The notes beneath the pieces are model-generated. The model was given only the letters and a program-made list of their open reading frames with translations. It ran no database searches and was not told the DNA's origin. From Octopus sinensis (taxonomy: Eukaryota), in the NCBI RefSeq assembly GCF_006345805.1, contig NC_042999.1:85994001-86058000 (forward strand): 64,000 nt of DNA, written 5' to 3'. Every line of letters begins with the position of its first letter. Positions within the stretch are counted from its first letter, which is position 1. Both the position numbers and the translations under genes were made by a program. Positions 11,931-25,750 of this stretch are shown here, piece by piece.

Positions 11931-13460
11931 GTCCCGAAATACAAAAGTTGGCATAGTCGTTAGAAATTAGGATAAAATACCTTGTTGTATTTGTTACAGC
12001 TCTCAGAGTTCGAACCCGCTTAGGTCAACCTTACCTTTCGGTTAAAGGCCAGCAATTTTTGAAGGAGGAGTTGTTGACTAATTACATCGTTCCAGTACTT
12101 AATTGTATCTGGTTGAAAGACAAAGTTGATTTTGTCAGGATTTCAGTTCAGAAGATAAATAACCGAAATCTAAAAATAATATGTCACTGTTTAACTATTT
12201 ATAATAACTATTACATTATATTTAACTATACGTAACAATTCAAATTCGCTCTCAAATGTTAAATATAAAAGTGGCAGACAATTATGATGACTCTCTTTGT
12301 AAACATTAAATTGTTTATTAATGACTTTTTTCTTAAAAAACTTGATATAATTTAAAAGTTGCACCTTGCATAATCTAATCGTAGCTTAGTCTAATATTTG
12401 AGCTTTTATTTTACTAAAATGTTTGCGGGAATCCGAATTTTTTCTTTTTTTGTATTGCACACAAATAGTTCTCAGCTTAAATTTCGAAAGCTAATTAAGA
12501 TTAAGATCATGAAATTATTTGGTCCTGATTAATTTTCCTGTACCGTTTGATGGACACTAGTAGCAGAAGTAACGACAACGAAACTATTGAGTTAACGTGG
12601 GAACCTCTACAACAGCAGTTCCCACCCAACCTTACGCCATCGTAACTTATTTTAGCAAAATCAATAATCTTTCACGGCTCTTTTTTTTAAAATATTTAAA
12701 TAGTATGCAAACAACTTAAAAAAGAAACAACAACCATACATTAACCGTTGATATATTTCGATAAATATTCCTCAGTTTTTTTTTTTTTTTTGTAAGTAAT
12801 TAATATAGTATTGTAGTGCATATGTCTATCGCTTTTGGTAAAATACGTTCAGGAATGTTCTATATTTTACTAAATGTTTTACTAGTTTTTCAAAATTAGT
12901 AATTCAATGGCCGAAAACTACAGATTTAGCGGTCACTCAATTTGCTAAAAGTAGCAGCTAAATTTCCCCTAGATCACATCTTATCGTTATACAGAGGAAG
13001 GTCACATTGGCTAATATAGTTCTACAAGTACAAAAAGAAGACAAAGTAATTTCGAGGATGCTTTTACTCTATATATCTGCTCAGTCAGAGCTGACTTGGG
13101 TAAACAGCAACAACTAAACTGTTGTATGCTGTTGTGTTATATACGTACATTAGTTATTGCTTTCGATTTGACTAAGAATAATGAATTTCCTATATAACTG
13201 CCGAAAGGAAATAAATTCACCTTTTCTACTGTCAAAAACGTGCAATCTGAAATCTGGTCATTTTCCATTTACTACAAACAAAGTAGAATATTGTTGTTTC
13301 AAGCAACTCGCAAAAATAATCTTGACAAAAGACGACAGAAAATTAAGAAGGTCCTCCTTACCATAAAAATTCAGTGACAGGCAAAACATTTATGAGGCAT
13401 CATCAAAATACTGAAGAGAAAGAAATCCTATGTAACCCCATATCATTATTACAAACCGGA

Positions 13461-13672
13461 AGGCGGCGAGCTGGCAGAAACATTAGCACACAGGGCACAA
13501 TAATTAGATGCATTTCATCCGCCTCCATGTTCTGAGTTCATATTCTAACGAGGCCGACTTTGCCTTTCATCCTTTTGAGGTCGATAAAATAAGTACCAGT
13601 TGACTAAATGGGGTCAATAAACTTAACCCCTCCTTCGAAATTACTGGCCTTGTGCCAACATTTGAAATCATT
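13461..13672 (+). mobile_element. SINE family A copy
   Basis: aggcggcgagctggcagaaac...ctgagttca...tgcctttcatccttttgaggtcgataaaataagtaccag. Confidence 0.8.
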
Positions 13673-13916
13673 ATTATAAGCCGGATATTAACAGTAATAT
13701 CTATTTTTATCACTAATTTAACGGACAGCTTATATCAAGATTGGTTGAAAAATAAAGAACAATGTTTTTCTTCATTGAAGAAATAAAATAAGTTGCTAAA
13801 AAGTTGGCAGACATAATGTTTGATTACACACACGCGCACACACATAATGATCTAGATTAGGGACATGGCGGTATTAATAACCAGTTGTTAGAGCTCAATA
13901 TACATATGTTTTAGAG

Positions 13917-16130
13917 CAGGAGTTTTAAACTCAAAGACGAAAAACCCATTATATCCTGGGGAGAAGCACAGACGGCCAAAAGTGAGACGAGGGGAGCGCG
14001 ATTTCCACCAATAATAATGCTAACCTGTAAAAGCGATAGGATGCTGTTTATTTATTCATCAAAATCAATACGCATATGACAGTAGGTGGGATATGTGAAT
14101 TAATACAAAATGTAAATAAAAATAGTGTTATAATATTTATTTACTGATTTCGAACTATGTAAGTGAGGCTAAATTGAATTCTAATTACCTTCATTTGATT
14201 CCTATCAGTTCATGATGAAGATGATTTCTAGCAACGTTTTGAAGTAATCACTGATTCTATGTTCAGCTTCAGATCATGTAAATTGGCCAGCCTCAATGCG
14301 GATTGTAGTTGTTCATCATTTAGTTTTGAGTGCAACACAGGTTTCTATATTTTCGTTATCGAGAAAAATTACTCACAAACATGTGTTTCCAAATGTGGTT
14401 AGATTTTGCAAAGATGAGGCAAGCAATTTGGGAAATATCTCACTTGGAAGAACTGGTAGAAATCAGGAACACCAACCTCTGCATATTTCTGCTTCAGTAT
14501 GATATCACACTGAAGGTGCAGTAGATCCATCTGAAATTCTTCAGAAACAGTATTAACATCCACGGTCAGTGGAATCGGAGAAATCATAAATTCCATCTGC
14601 ATATTCTTTCAAGCACTCTGGTTCAACCCTCTCCAAGACCGTGAAGCAAGCTGAGTTCCAGCCTGCAAGCTGCTTTGCCCACAATAAAAGCTTACGCTTG
14701 AAAGACCTCACGTTGTCGTACATCATTTTTATAACCTGCTTTGGGTCCTGGTGCTTCAAGTTTAGAACATTAAGATAGTCATTCAGATCAGTGAGGAATG
14801 CAAGCTTAGAGACGAAGATGGGATCACTTAATTTAGGAGTATCATTTCATTTTATTGCCAAGAACAATCCAATTTCTTCTCTTAAAGTGAAAAAAGAAAC
14901 CCAAACAAAGAAACAAAAAAAACACCTCTTTAAAACATTCCCTCGATTGATCCCCCTTACTTCAGAATGGTACAAAGGCTTTCCATATTCAGCAGATAGA
15001 AAAGATACGAACTGTTGGTGCTTGAGAGTTCTTGCTTGTATAAAACTGATGGTTTTCACAACGACACCCTAATGTTTTCCGTCTGTAATCTTCCACTATA
15101 CATTGCTTCATGATGCAGAATGTAATGGATAACAGAAATGGGCAAACTTAGATTGTTCAGCTTTTCTTTAAGAAGGCCTACTAAACCCACTTTTCAGAGC
15201 ATATCGCTGGTGTACTATATGTAGCTACTGATAAGAATTTTATCTAATTAAATCCTACACGGTAAATGCAAATTTCAAGTTCACTAAATATATCTCGCCC
15301 CATCATTGTTCCATTCATAGGTAGTCAACCCAATAATTCTTCAGTAGCATTGAAGTTTTTGTCAATTCGTCTGATAAAGACAGAACAGTAAGTAGTACCT
15401 GTAATGCTTGTTCTTTCATCACAAAGATAGAAAATTAAAAACAAAAATTGAGCAATGGTAGCCAATTGCTGATATGAATTGTTTACTAAATTAGTAATAC
15501 GGCTGGAAACAAAGTGGCAAGCTTATGCGTTTAAACATTTTCTTTTCTCTTGGGACAGAGAATTTCACCAGCTTTTGAAAAACAATCTTTAATGAAATTA
15601 ATTTCAGTGAATGGTTGTGATGATTTCGCTAAGAGCAAAACTTGTTTCGGTATTTTCACTTGTTTTGTTCAAATTGGAAAAATGTTTTGTTGCTTCGAAA
15701 AAGCTGCCTGAAGTCGCTCTCTTTTCTTATCCTATCTTTCTAGCTAATGTGTTATATTAATCATTGTGTGTTGTTTCATAATGTCGCCTTATGTTATAAC
15801 CTTTTCGTACAGCAATATTATGCAGACGTAAGGCGGTGTGCTAGCAAAACCGTAATCGCATCGGGCAAAATGCTTAGCGGCGGCATTTCGTTCGACTTTA
15901 CGTTCTGAGTTCAAATTCTGCCAAGGTCGACTTTACCTATCATCTTTTCGGGGTCGATGCAACCGACTTATCCCTTCCCCTAAATTGCTGGCCCTGTACC
16001 AAAATTTGAAACCAATATTATGCAGACATATCAAGAATGTATTTTATCCTTTACATGTTACAAAATACAAATTTTCCCACTTTCCTTGAAAGCTTCGGTT
16101 CTCCTCGATAATAGTCCTTTTATCTGACGT
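13917..16130 (-). pseudogene. Decayed hAT (Charlie/Buster/SPIN-like) transposon with frameshifted transposase
   Basis: Minus-strand fragments ENRSFQGKWENLYF..LICLHNIAVRKGYNIRRHYET, KTISFIQARTLKHQQF..LYHSEVR..RGNVLKR..LREEI and MYDNVRSFKRKLLLW. TIR-like CAGGAGTTTTAAAC at 13917 follows ttttagag. Confidence 0.8.
15831..16012 (+). mobile_element. SINE family A inserted in the hAT transposase, with 18-bp TSD
   Basis: caatattatgcagac(g/a)ta at 15813-15830 and 16013-16030. Confidence 0.88.
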
Positions 16131-16132
16131 CC

Positions 16133-16323
16133 CTTTTACTTGTTTCAGTCATTTGACTGTGACCATGCTGAAACACCGCCTTTTAGTCGAGCAAATCGAC
16201 CCCAGGACTTATTCTTTGTAAGCCTAGTACTTATTCTATCGGTCTCTTTTGCCGAACCGCTAATTTATGGGGGCGTAAACACACCAGCATCGGTTATCAA
16301 GCGATGTTGGGGTGACAAACACA

Positions 16324-16359
<36 letters not shown>

Positions 16360-16473
16360 GCTTTGGTCTGCCCGAGGCTATAATAGAAGATACTTGCCCA
16401 AGGTGCCACGCAGTAGGACTGAACCCAGAACCATGTGGTTCGTAAGCAAGCTACTTACCTCACAGCCACTCCT
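16133..16473 (-). mobile_element. CORE-like SINE family B with internal deletion
   Basis: Colinear with 25751-26159 but lacks about 45 bp next to the (CA)n. Confidence 0.85.
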
Positions 16474-17316
16474 CGTCGATATTTTATTTAAATTATTCTT
16501 CGGCGAAATTTCTCTTTATTTAATAATCTGCTCTCAAGCATTCTCTGTGGTTTTTCTATTTGTGAGTGTTTGATGTCTGTCATTCTTCTTTACACCAATA
16601 TGAGTTGTCAAATCTATACTATCTCATATTATGAAAAAAAAAAAAAGAATCTTCATGTTCTGTTGTGTGAGGTTGTATATCCCCTCAGTTACATTTCCCA
16701 CCACAACAGGTCTTGAAACAAGCCACGTAATTATATATGTATGAGCCAGCATTTCAGATTTAGCTAACGTTCTTGTTAAGAATTTTTTTTTAAAATGTGT
16801 ATAAAATCAGTGTTTGATCTTGAAGTGAAACAACTGAAATATTAAGGTATATTCTACCTTTTCCAGAGGAGACACATGGTCAGACCCTCACTGATCTTAA
16901 AAGTGATTGACTGCGTGTTTGCATTAGTATGGCAGATCAAACTCAATACTGCTGCTGCCGCTGCAAGGATTATGGATAGGGCGAGGGGAAAATTACCAAG
17001 TTTTAGGAAAGTATTGGTCACGAAAATGGTTCTGCTGTGGGTAATAGAAAAGTAGTTTACGGGTCTAAAAACGTTAGATGAGTACAGAGCGTAATAATAA
17101 TTAAAGAATGACAAGAGAACAGGAGTAGCCTTCACTAGCTTATAGCTTATAGCTGTTTCTGTAGATCGAGCGACCGCATAGAAGTTCTTCAACACAAACA
17201 CTCAACTCTCAGTACACTGAACTGTAAGCCAATGAAGGTGATTACGTGACTCTTGTTCTCCTCATTCCTTAATATATGTGTGAGTGTATGTGTGCGTGTG
17301 TGTGTGCAAGTATGTG

Positions 17317-17577
17317 TGAAGGTGCGTGGGCCAGTGGTTTGGCAGTTGCACTAGATCGCAAGATCGTGGGTTCGATTCCCAGACTGGGTAGTGCGTTATG
17401 TTCTTGTGTAAAACACTTTATTTCATGTTGCTCCAGTGCCTCTTTCGACCTCGATCAGTGGGGAGTGGAATGTTGGCCTGTTCGCCTAGCCAGCGGGGTG
17501 GCGTTTTTAGAAAGCTAAAACGATGCAAAGGGCATTGTGACCAGCGATGTATAACAACATTTGATAGACTGGACCAT

Positions 17578-17585
<8 letters not shown>
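17317..17585 (+). mobile_element. tRNA-derived SINE family C (alternative tail)
   Basis: B box gggttcgattcc, and core acactttatttcatgttgctccagt shared with 46183-46507. Confidence 0.7.
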
Positions 17586-17639
<54 letters not shown>

Positions 17640-18189
17640 GCATATACACCCGTGTGTGTGTGTGTGTGTTTGAATCTTATGTTTACGTTTAGTACTTCAT
17701 ATGTTATGTAACAACCGTAGAAATCGTTCCAAACATATTTTGTTCCTTCTGAAGTTATGCTTTTTCAAGAAGTCTCTCTTACAAGCAAATGACAATAAGA
17801 GAACACACATATAAACATGCACATAGGGAACAAGCCATAAAGGGATACAATAGTCGATAATATTATCTACTCTTTAATATTATCTATTCAGGAATGGGTG
17901 TGTTTTTAAGAATTTCACTTCGCAAATACCATAGCCTCGGGTAAACCAAAACATTTTGAATGAAATTTGGTGGGCGGAAATTGTAGAAAACCGTGGGAGA
18001 AACCTTTTCTCTTCTTAGGTGGTAGACTTAATTCATTGCCCTGTTTTACACCACTACATGCTCTAAGCTGTTTTAATGGAGTTCACCCTCTTGAAAGCAG
18101 TCAGGTTTGGACTCCGGTCTGAAGATAACTTCCTCCTTTCTTTTTATAGATCACAGAGGCCATTAAAATAGTTATCAGTGCTGCTTCTT

Positions 18190-18562
18190 TGTTTGTTTGT
18201 TGAGCAACGCGGTCTTCGTCCCAGAGCTCGCAGTGGGAGAAGTCCAAAACGTGGTCCTTTGCTATTCGTAAGACCCGCAGAAGAGAAAGCAGGTCAACCT
18301 CCGACACCGAGAGCATCGACAGATGGATGAATGCGCATCCAGGCTCAGCGGTTGCGTAGGAAGTCGGGGACAAGAAACAGGAAGAAAGAGTAAGAGAAAG
18401 TTGGAGCGAAAGAGTACAACAGGGGTCGCCACCAGCCCCTGCCTCGTGGAGCTTTAGGTGTTTTCGCTCAATAAACACACACAACGCCCGGTCTGGGAAT
18501 CGAAACCGCGATCCTCCGACCGCGAGTCCGCTGCTCTAACCACTGAGCCATTGCGCCTCCAC
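18190..18562 (-). mobile_element. tRNA(Arg)-like-headed SINE (family D)
   Basis: Minus strand ggaggcgcaatggctcagtggttagagcagcggactcgcggtcggaggatcgcggtttcgattccc has A and B boxes but no acceptor stem, followed by a 300-bp body. Confidence 0.7.
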
Positions 18563-18886
18563 TATCGGTGCTGTTCTTCCATCACTGATCAATATATTAA
18601 AATATCCTACTGTTTCGCACTGGCTTTGAGTAGTGGGATCACGCCGGTGAATAGTCATCAAGTGGCAGCCTGTTCAATACAACTGAACACCAACAGAATA
18701 TTTTTCAAGTGTTATAAATTGATGCAGTTATTATGTGAAGACAGTAAGGTTTTAAGATAAGTGAAATGTCAAATAGAAATTTTGTTACATCAGGAATAGT
18801 TTGCATGAGCTTCGTTATGGATAGTTTCACTTACGGAGAATAAACTTCACGCTGTGACAAAGTATCAAAAAGAAAATTTTCACATG

Positions 18887-19116
18887 TTGGTTTCAAATTT
18901 TGGCACAAAGTTTAACAACTTTTTTGCTGGAGAGAGTGGTATAAATAAATCGATTACATCGACTCCCAGTGCTCAACTGGTGCTTATTTTACCGATTCTA
19001 AAAGGATGAAACGTAAAGTCGACCTGAGCGGAACTTGAACCCTGAACGTAAAGGCTGACAAAATGACGGTAAGCATTTTGTCTGGCACATTAAAGATTCT
19101 ACCAGCTTGCCACCTT
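18887..19116 (-). mobile_element. SINE family A, diverged
   Basis: Family head, body and the tail ttgtgccaaaatttgaaaccaa. Confidence 0.75.
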
Positions 19117-20227
19117 AAGATAATTGTCACATATTAATAAACGAAATAATTGCCGATTTCAAGACGATTTCTCGCTAAATACAGATTCTGAAATTGTAAT
19201 CAATGTTGTTCAATATAACATGCTAATCCATTATATAGATTTTTAACACAGGCAGCAAATTTTGAGTAAAAGTAGAGCCAATTACATCGATCTGAGTTAT
19301 ATGAGTACTCATTATTTTATCTTTCCCTGAGGACGAAAAGGAAGGTGGTCCGTTGGGCATTTGATCTGAGACAGTCTAAATATTTCTTTGCGTCTGTCCC
19401 AAATCTGACACTCTACTACACTTTATTTTACAAGGGGTGAAAAATTAACCGAAGACAAAATTTTACTTTTCTCTCGAAATATAAATCCCTGTCAAGGATT
19501 GTAAATTTCAATTGCCTATTGTCATTTTTCTCATGTTATGTTCCTTTTAACGTTAACCACACTTTGAAATTAAAATACTGATGCATCTGGAGGGCCGAAT
19601 GTATAGAAACAACAAATTTTGATTGCATCATGCTTTTTGTATAGAATCATCTTTGGATATATTCTTTATGGGTATGTCACATGTATATACATGTATCTAT
19701 TATGTATGAGTGTGAGTGTGCGTGTGTGTGTTTGTGTGTGTATGTACACATATACACATGTACAGAAACACAGAAACTCACACACTCATGTATACACTTG
19801 TACACACACACACACACACACACGCATACACACATAGCCAATCTCACTACACTCTTATTTTCCCCCTCAGGAATGTACGTCTGCACGCACTCACATATAC
19901 ACGCGCGCACACATACACTTACACTATAGACTAAGCCGCACATGCTCACATATACACGGCACACACATACAAATATATATATACACATATACATATACAC
20001 ACAGAATACACATATATTCTCACATATAAGCGTACACTCACACATACATATTCACACACACATTCACATGTACCAACATTAAAAACCGCAATTACCTCTC
20101 ACATTTCCGGTTACTCTGAAATTGCACAGGCGAGTCACTCACGTGCATTTTTTCCTAGCTATCTTCTCTTTTCTCATCTCTTTTTGTCATATATTTCTCT
20201 TCTTCCCTGGATTATTCTTTTTTGTAC

Positions 20228-20254
20228 CTGATGAAGGACCACGTCCGAAACGTT
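20228..20254 (+). ncRNA. Partial hammerhead motif (stem I not recoverable)
   Basis: CTGATGA-a-ggac cac gtcc-GAAA-cgtt. Confidence 0.45.
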
Positions 20255-20790
20255 TTTCTTTCGCTGTATAATTTTTCCTTTATATAAAACTATTTTGCTT
20301 CTTTGGAAAAGTTATATATAATTGCCATCTGCGTCAGACAGATCGCAATTAGACAAAATAACGAAAACAGGGTTGTTAAATAACTATATCAGAGATTACT
20401 AACTAAAGGAAGTAAGAACAATTTCTTCATTATACACATTTGTTTGCACAAATAACATTTGTATAAATCCATTTTGTAATTAATTAGTGAATTAATTGAT
20501 TAAGTCATTAATTTATGAAATAGTTTGCTCTTTATCATTCTCATCACATCTTTAAGTTATTATCATAAAACTTTAAGATCTGATGTGATTGGAAGCGGGT
20601 AATATGTTTGATTGATTGATTAATTAATTATGATATGGATTTACATAATTTTATATATTTACGAATCAATGTATAAACCGACGAAATATTTCCTCCAGCA
20701 ATTCGAAACGATCGTCGCCTACAATAAGTGATGTAACAAGAGAGTGTTGGTTGTTTTCGTTTGATTGCTAATATATAAAAAAAATAAAAT

Positions 20791-21039
20791 CTGCGCCCTT
20801 TTTAAAGCCTAGCCAGGCTCATGGACCCGGTTTCCCGGTTTCAATGGCGTATATGTTCTCCAGCTGGACGGGACACCAGTCCATCGCAGCGTTACTCATT
20901 TTTGTCAGCTGAGTGGACTGGAGCAACGTGAAAATGAAGTACTTTGCTCAAGAACACAACGCGTCGCCCGGTCTAGGAATCGTAACCACAATTACGATCA
21001 TGATGCTGACACCTTAACCACTAAGCCACGCACCTACAC
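20791..21039 (-). mobile_element. tRNA-derived SINE family C (third tail type)
   Basis: Minus strand gcgtggcttagtggttaagg...cacgttgctccagtccactcagctgacaaaaatgagt matches the head and core of 46183-46507. Confidence 0.75.
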
Positions 21040-21323
21040 GATTGCTAATATACTCTGCGATAAATACATCAATCCATTGAATGATGATCCTCCTTTAATT
21101 TTCAGTTTGTATGGAATACTCTGTGGGTTAAATGTATGTGGATTCTAATTTTCCTCACTTGACATTCTTTCTGTTAGCCAGGCTTTACGATTGGAGTGCA
21201 AACCGAAAAATTCGTCTACATTTAATCCCTATTTCTCTCGTTATACAAGTGTGTGTGTGTGAGTGTGAGTGTGGGTGTGAGTGTGTGTGTGTGTGTGTAT
21301 GTGTATATGTGCGCGCGCACGCA

Positions 21324-21460
21324 TGTATGCACACGGGGCTAGGTTTGTAGGGTAAACGATATCTGTAACTCTTTTTTGCTGAAGCAGTAGTTGATGGTAA
21401 CATGACAGGGAGACTTAGTGCGCATGATTTACAAGAAATGCGAATAGACAGGAATTATCA

Positions 21461-21531
<71 letters not shown>

Positions 21532-21594
21532 ATATATATATATATATATAAACACACACACATACAAATATATATATACATACATATATGTATG

Positions 21595-21640
<46 letters not shown>

Positions 21641-21818
21641 TACATACAAATATATATATATATATATATACACTGATACAAATATATATGTGCATATATA
21701 TACATACGAATATGTATCTATATATATATATTTACATAGAAATATATGTGTACACACACACACATATATATACACATATTTGTGTGTATATATATATATT
21801 TCTTTGTATGTGTATGTC

Positions 21819-21865
<47 letters not shown>

Positions 21866-22525
21866 ATTATATTAAAAATGAAATTCAATCTTGTTTGCTT
21901 GCATTGTTGCACACCTAAACCTGCGCATAATGAAAAAATACTTTGAAGGTATAATGCCCCTGAAATGTGAATGCAAGCGGAATAAAACAAGTAAATCGGA
22001 CTTGTGGTTATTCGGGGTTTTGGTGGGTATATATACCCAAAATGGAGCATAATGGGAAGATACTCCGAAAATAACTTCACTGTAAAAGGGAAGAAGCTCT
22101 GTTAGACACATTATGATGGGCAAATACTTTTATGTGAAAATGACTTTATAAATAGGGTAAATATTTCATAAAAGACCTGTTCATAACCTTAGCGTAACAG
22201 TTTTTTTTGAGTGCATTCAACGTATCTCACCTCCAAAAATTTGGCTACCATTTCTAGCACGCTCTGCTACTACTATTTGCAATAAAGGAGCCGAAATGCT
22301 AGTTACGTGGTAGCAGGGCGTGCAAGAAATAGCAGCCAAATATTTCTTTTTCCGGGGAAAGGAACCGTTTACGCGTGATTTCGATGTCACATTACCTGAA
22401 AGCATGCGGAATAACCTGGAAAAGAGAAAAACCCCACGAAACTTCCGTTGCTGGGGAACTCAGACGTTCCCGGTACTTTGAATTATTAATGACTTAACGG
22501 GTCACGTGTAGTCTAGTCTAGTCTA

Positions 22526-22576
<51 letters not shown>

Positions 22577-22711
22577 ATAATTCTTGCCCATTTGTGTTCC
22601 TTGGAAATCATGCGCACTAAGTCTCCCTGTCAAGTGACCAGCAACTACTGCTTCAGCAATAAAGAAATACAGATATTGTTTACTCTACAAACCTAGCCCC
22701 ATGTACATACA
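21324..22711. repeat. Pair of ~137-bp imperfect inverted repeats (21324-21460 / 22575-22711)
   Basis: ggggctaggtttgtag...tgctgaagcagtagttg...gacagggagacttagtgcgcatgattt is present in reverse complement at 22575-22711. Confidence 0.85.
21861..22526 (+). mobile_element. Possible non-autonomous Helitron-like element
   Basis: Starts TC-tatattatattaaaa and ends with a weak hairpin (gacttaacgggtc) plus CTAG repeated three times. Confidence 0.45.
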
Positions 22712-22749
22712 CGCACGTACGCACACACACACATACATGTATATATATG

Positions 22750-22848
<99 letters not shown>

Positions 22849-22859
22849 GTATGTATATA

Positions 22860-23229
22860 CACGTGCGTGTGTGTTTCAGATATACAGATAACAAAAGACA
22901 AAAACAGGTGAGGAAACAAGAAGCAGGTGCATTAGTTTGGCGCTTGGGAAGAAATGGCGATAGTAAAAGACGGAGAGAAAAAAATAATGCAACGGGATTA
23001 ACATATATATATATATATGATATACCGTTAATCCCGTTGCATTATTTTTTCTCTCCGTCTTTTACTATCGCCATTTCTTTCTTCTCATCCCTTTCTATCG
23101 AAGAGCGTAGGCTCGAAACGTCAATGACTTTTCCATTCTCCCCGAGCGTCAAACTAATGCACCTGCTTCTTGTTTCCTCACCTGTTTTTGTCTTTTGTTA
23201 TCTTTATATCTGAAACACACACACACGTG
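22860..23229 (+). mobile_element. Fold-back Penelope-like pseudo-LTR derivative (arms 22860-23002 / 23027-23229)
   Basis: Near-perfect inverted arms around (TA)n. The right arm carries a degenerate hammerhead, ctatcga-a-gagc gtag gctc-gaaa-cgtc (23095-23122). Confidence 0.7.
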
Positions 23230-23286
23230 CGCGCACAACACTCACACACAAGCGCACACTCACACCCACACACGCGCACGCACATA

Positions 23287-24575
23287 CGAGGCGGTATCAA
23301 AAAGTTCCTAGAGTAGTTATATTTAATAAAAAATATAACTTATTTACCTAAGTTTTAACATCATCTTCTTCGAAGTAGTCACCTTGCGCAGCAGTACACC
23401 GGTTCCAGCGTTCCTGCTACTTTTGGAATCCGGCCTGGAAGTCATTTTCCGTAAGCGAATCGAGGATCTTCTGCGATTCGCTTTGGATCTCGGCAACGGT
23501 GTTAAGACGGTGATCTTTGAGCTGCCTTTTCATTTTGTGGAAGAGATGGAAGTTCGCAGGTGCTAAATCTGGCGAATAGGGTGGGTGTGGAAGCGATACC
23601 ATGTTGTTTTTGGCGAAAAACTCACGAGTGAGGAGAGCTCGGTGGTAGGGTAGATTGTCGTTGTGAAGAATTCAATTCTTCGTCCTCCACAATTCCGGTC
23701 ATTTCCACCGAATGTCCTTCCTTAAACGCTTCAAAACGTCGCAGTAGAACTCACGATCGACAGTCTGACCCTGGAGGTGTGTGTGTATGTGGGGTTGTGG
23801 TGGTGAGCCGAATTCTCGATGCACAATACCGCGGATATCGAAACAAATGATGAACATGCTCTTGATTAAGCTGCGGTCGTAGAGATGAAGGGCTCTTGCA
23901 CTATGACGACTGCTGCTTCGTCTCAGTATCGTACCCGTAGACCCAACTTTCATCACCGGTGATGATACTTGACATGAAGAATGGGTTATCAGCGGCACGC
24001 TGACAAAGGCCTTGACAGACATCGACGCGATGTTCTTTCTGCTCAGTGGTTAGCAGGCGAGGGACAAACTTGGTAGAGACACGCCGCATGTTCAATTCAA
24101 ACTTTATGATTGGCTGCACGAACACATACGACAGTTTAACATCAGCAATATCGTTGATTGCCCTTCGACGTCCTCATGCACAAGCTGATGAATTTTTTCA
24201 GCATTTCCGGGATGACACTCATGGCAGGTTTTCCAGATCGCTCATCGTGTTCCAGGGACGTTCTGCTTTTGAAGTTCCCGTACCATTCGAAACATTACGT
24301 ACAACCCGTCGCCTCGTTCCGTAATGCTGCCAAAACATACTCAATGTACCTGTTGTAGACTTCTCAAATTTAACGCCAAATACCATGTTGGCTTTCTGTT
24401 CTAACTTCCTGTCCATGGTAAAATCGCAGACTACAGCATACACGTTACCACAAAAACACAAGTTTCTCAACTTGCTAAGTAAACACAGCGATGTCACTTG
24501 GCACACGCCTCATGAAGGTCACTGCTAGATGTCACTGCGTAGGCAACCATGTGCTGCCATCTGTTGGCGCGCTAT
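23287..24575 (-). pseudogene. Decayed mariner transposon
   Basis: Fragments MDRKLEQKANMVFGVKFEKS, KFVPRLLT..IITGDESWVYGYDTETKQQS and LPHPPYSPDLAPANFHLF (mariner WVPxxL-like and YSPDL motifs). TA + TIR cgaggcggtatcaaaaagttcc at 23287; the other TIR is not seen. Confidence 0.9.
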
Positions 24576-24693
24576 CTCTTATTTCTTTTGTGTTTCAGCT
24601 ATGCGGCTGCGGTCATGCTGGAGTACCACCGTGACTTTGTATCCTTTTCACAGCCATCTTATGTAATCTATTTCTTCTGTGTGGTGGAATTTG

Positions 24694-24999
24694 TTATGTA
24701 CTTTTTCTTGGTTTATATTTGGTGTATGAGCGAGTTTGATACTGCAGCACTTGTCTGTACTTCATGCCGGACTTTGGTTCATCTGATATCGTGGATAGGA
24801 GAATGTCCAGTTTCTTCTTGAAAATATTCACATTCACATTGTGTAAGTCTCTTAATTTTTTTGGCAAAGCATTGAAGAGCTTTGGGCCTTTGAGCCTCAA
24901 GTTGTTGCAGTACTTGTTTCTTAACTTAGATGGTGTGGACTGTATTTTTGGTCCTACGCAATGGCTTTCGGTACGACCATTTGTATAACTCCTTCGCAT
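24694..24999 (-). pseudogene. 3' fragment of a CR1/L2-group LINE ORF2
   Basis: KGPKLFNALPKKLRDL..NIFKKKLDILLSTISDEP resembles the C-terminus of CR1-group ORF2. Confidence 0.65.
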
Positions 25000-25750
25000 A
25001 GAGATTATTACATATTCTCTCTACTACATACATACATACAATTACATACATACATACATACATACAATTACATGCATACGTACGAACTTACGTACATTCA
25101 TATGTACGTAGGTATATGCATATAAAGGTGTGCATGTGTGTGTGTGCATGCGCTCGCGTGTGCATGTTTTGTTACATTAAGGAAAACGTTCGAATGCTAG
25201 CAAAGTAATCTTTGATAAATGCTGAATAGAAACTGTGTCGAGCAGTTCTCTTAAGAAACAGCAAAAAGCACCCCCCCCCCCAAAAAAAACAACAAAAAAC
25301 GAAAAACAAAAACAAAACAAAAGCAAAGCAAATGAACGAAGTATAAAGTATTATATCAACTGAGAGCTATGTGAAAATGAGTGATAGCGAAAATGAGAGT
25401 TGATAGCTGATTGATAGTTTGGATGTCGAAGATAGAATAACAATCACTGTTGTAGAGTTGCAGTCAAGGACGGATTTTGTTCAGATAGTTTTCACGATGT
25501 CCGGTATAATTGTTTCCATGTGAATATTGTGTATAAATATCTAGTGCCACTCGAGTACAGTGTTTAATTTAAACACAAGCTCATAAATGTTACACTGAGA
25601 TGCAATAGCTACAGGAAACTATCTTGCTTTAGGGAACAATCTGTACTTGAAGTCATTAAAGGCATGAAACATTTTTGTTGAGATTTGTTGTCTAAACAAC
25701 CGCGTTTTTTAGTTCTTTAGTCTTCTATATCATCTTACATAACAGAATAC

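Noticed and set aside
17141-17195. Minus-strand TTGAAGA...GAAACAGCTATA hammerhead-like string
   Set aside because: There is no stem II, and the segment resembles a different dispersed repeat seen at about 4200 and 38975.
18490-18562. tRNA-like sequence (also 46183-46255)
   Set aside because: A and B boxes are present but there is no closing acceptor stem and the sequence runs into SINE bodies, so these are SINE heads rather than tRNA genes.
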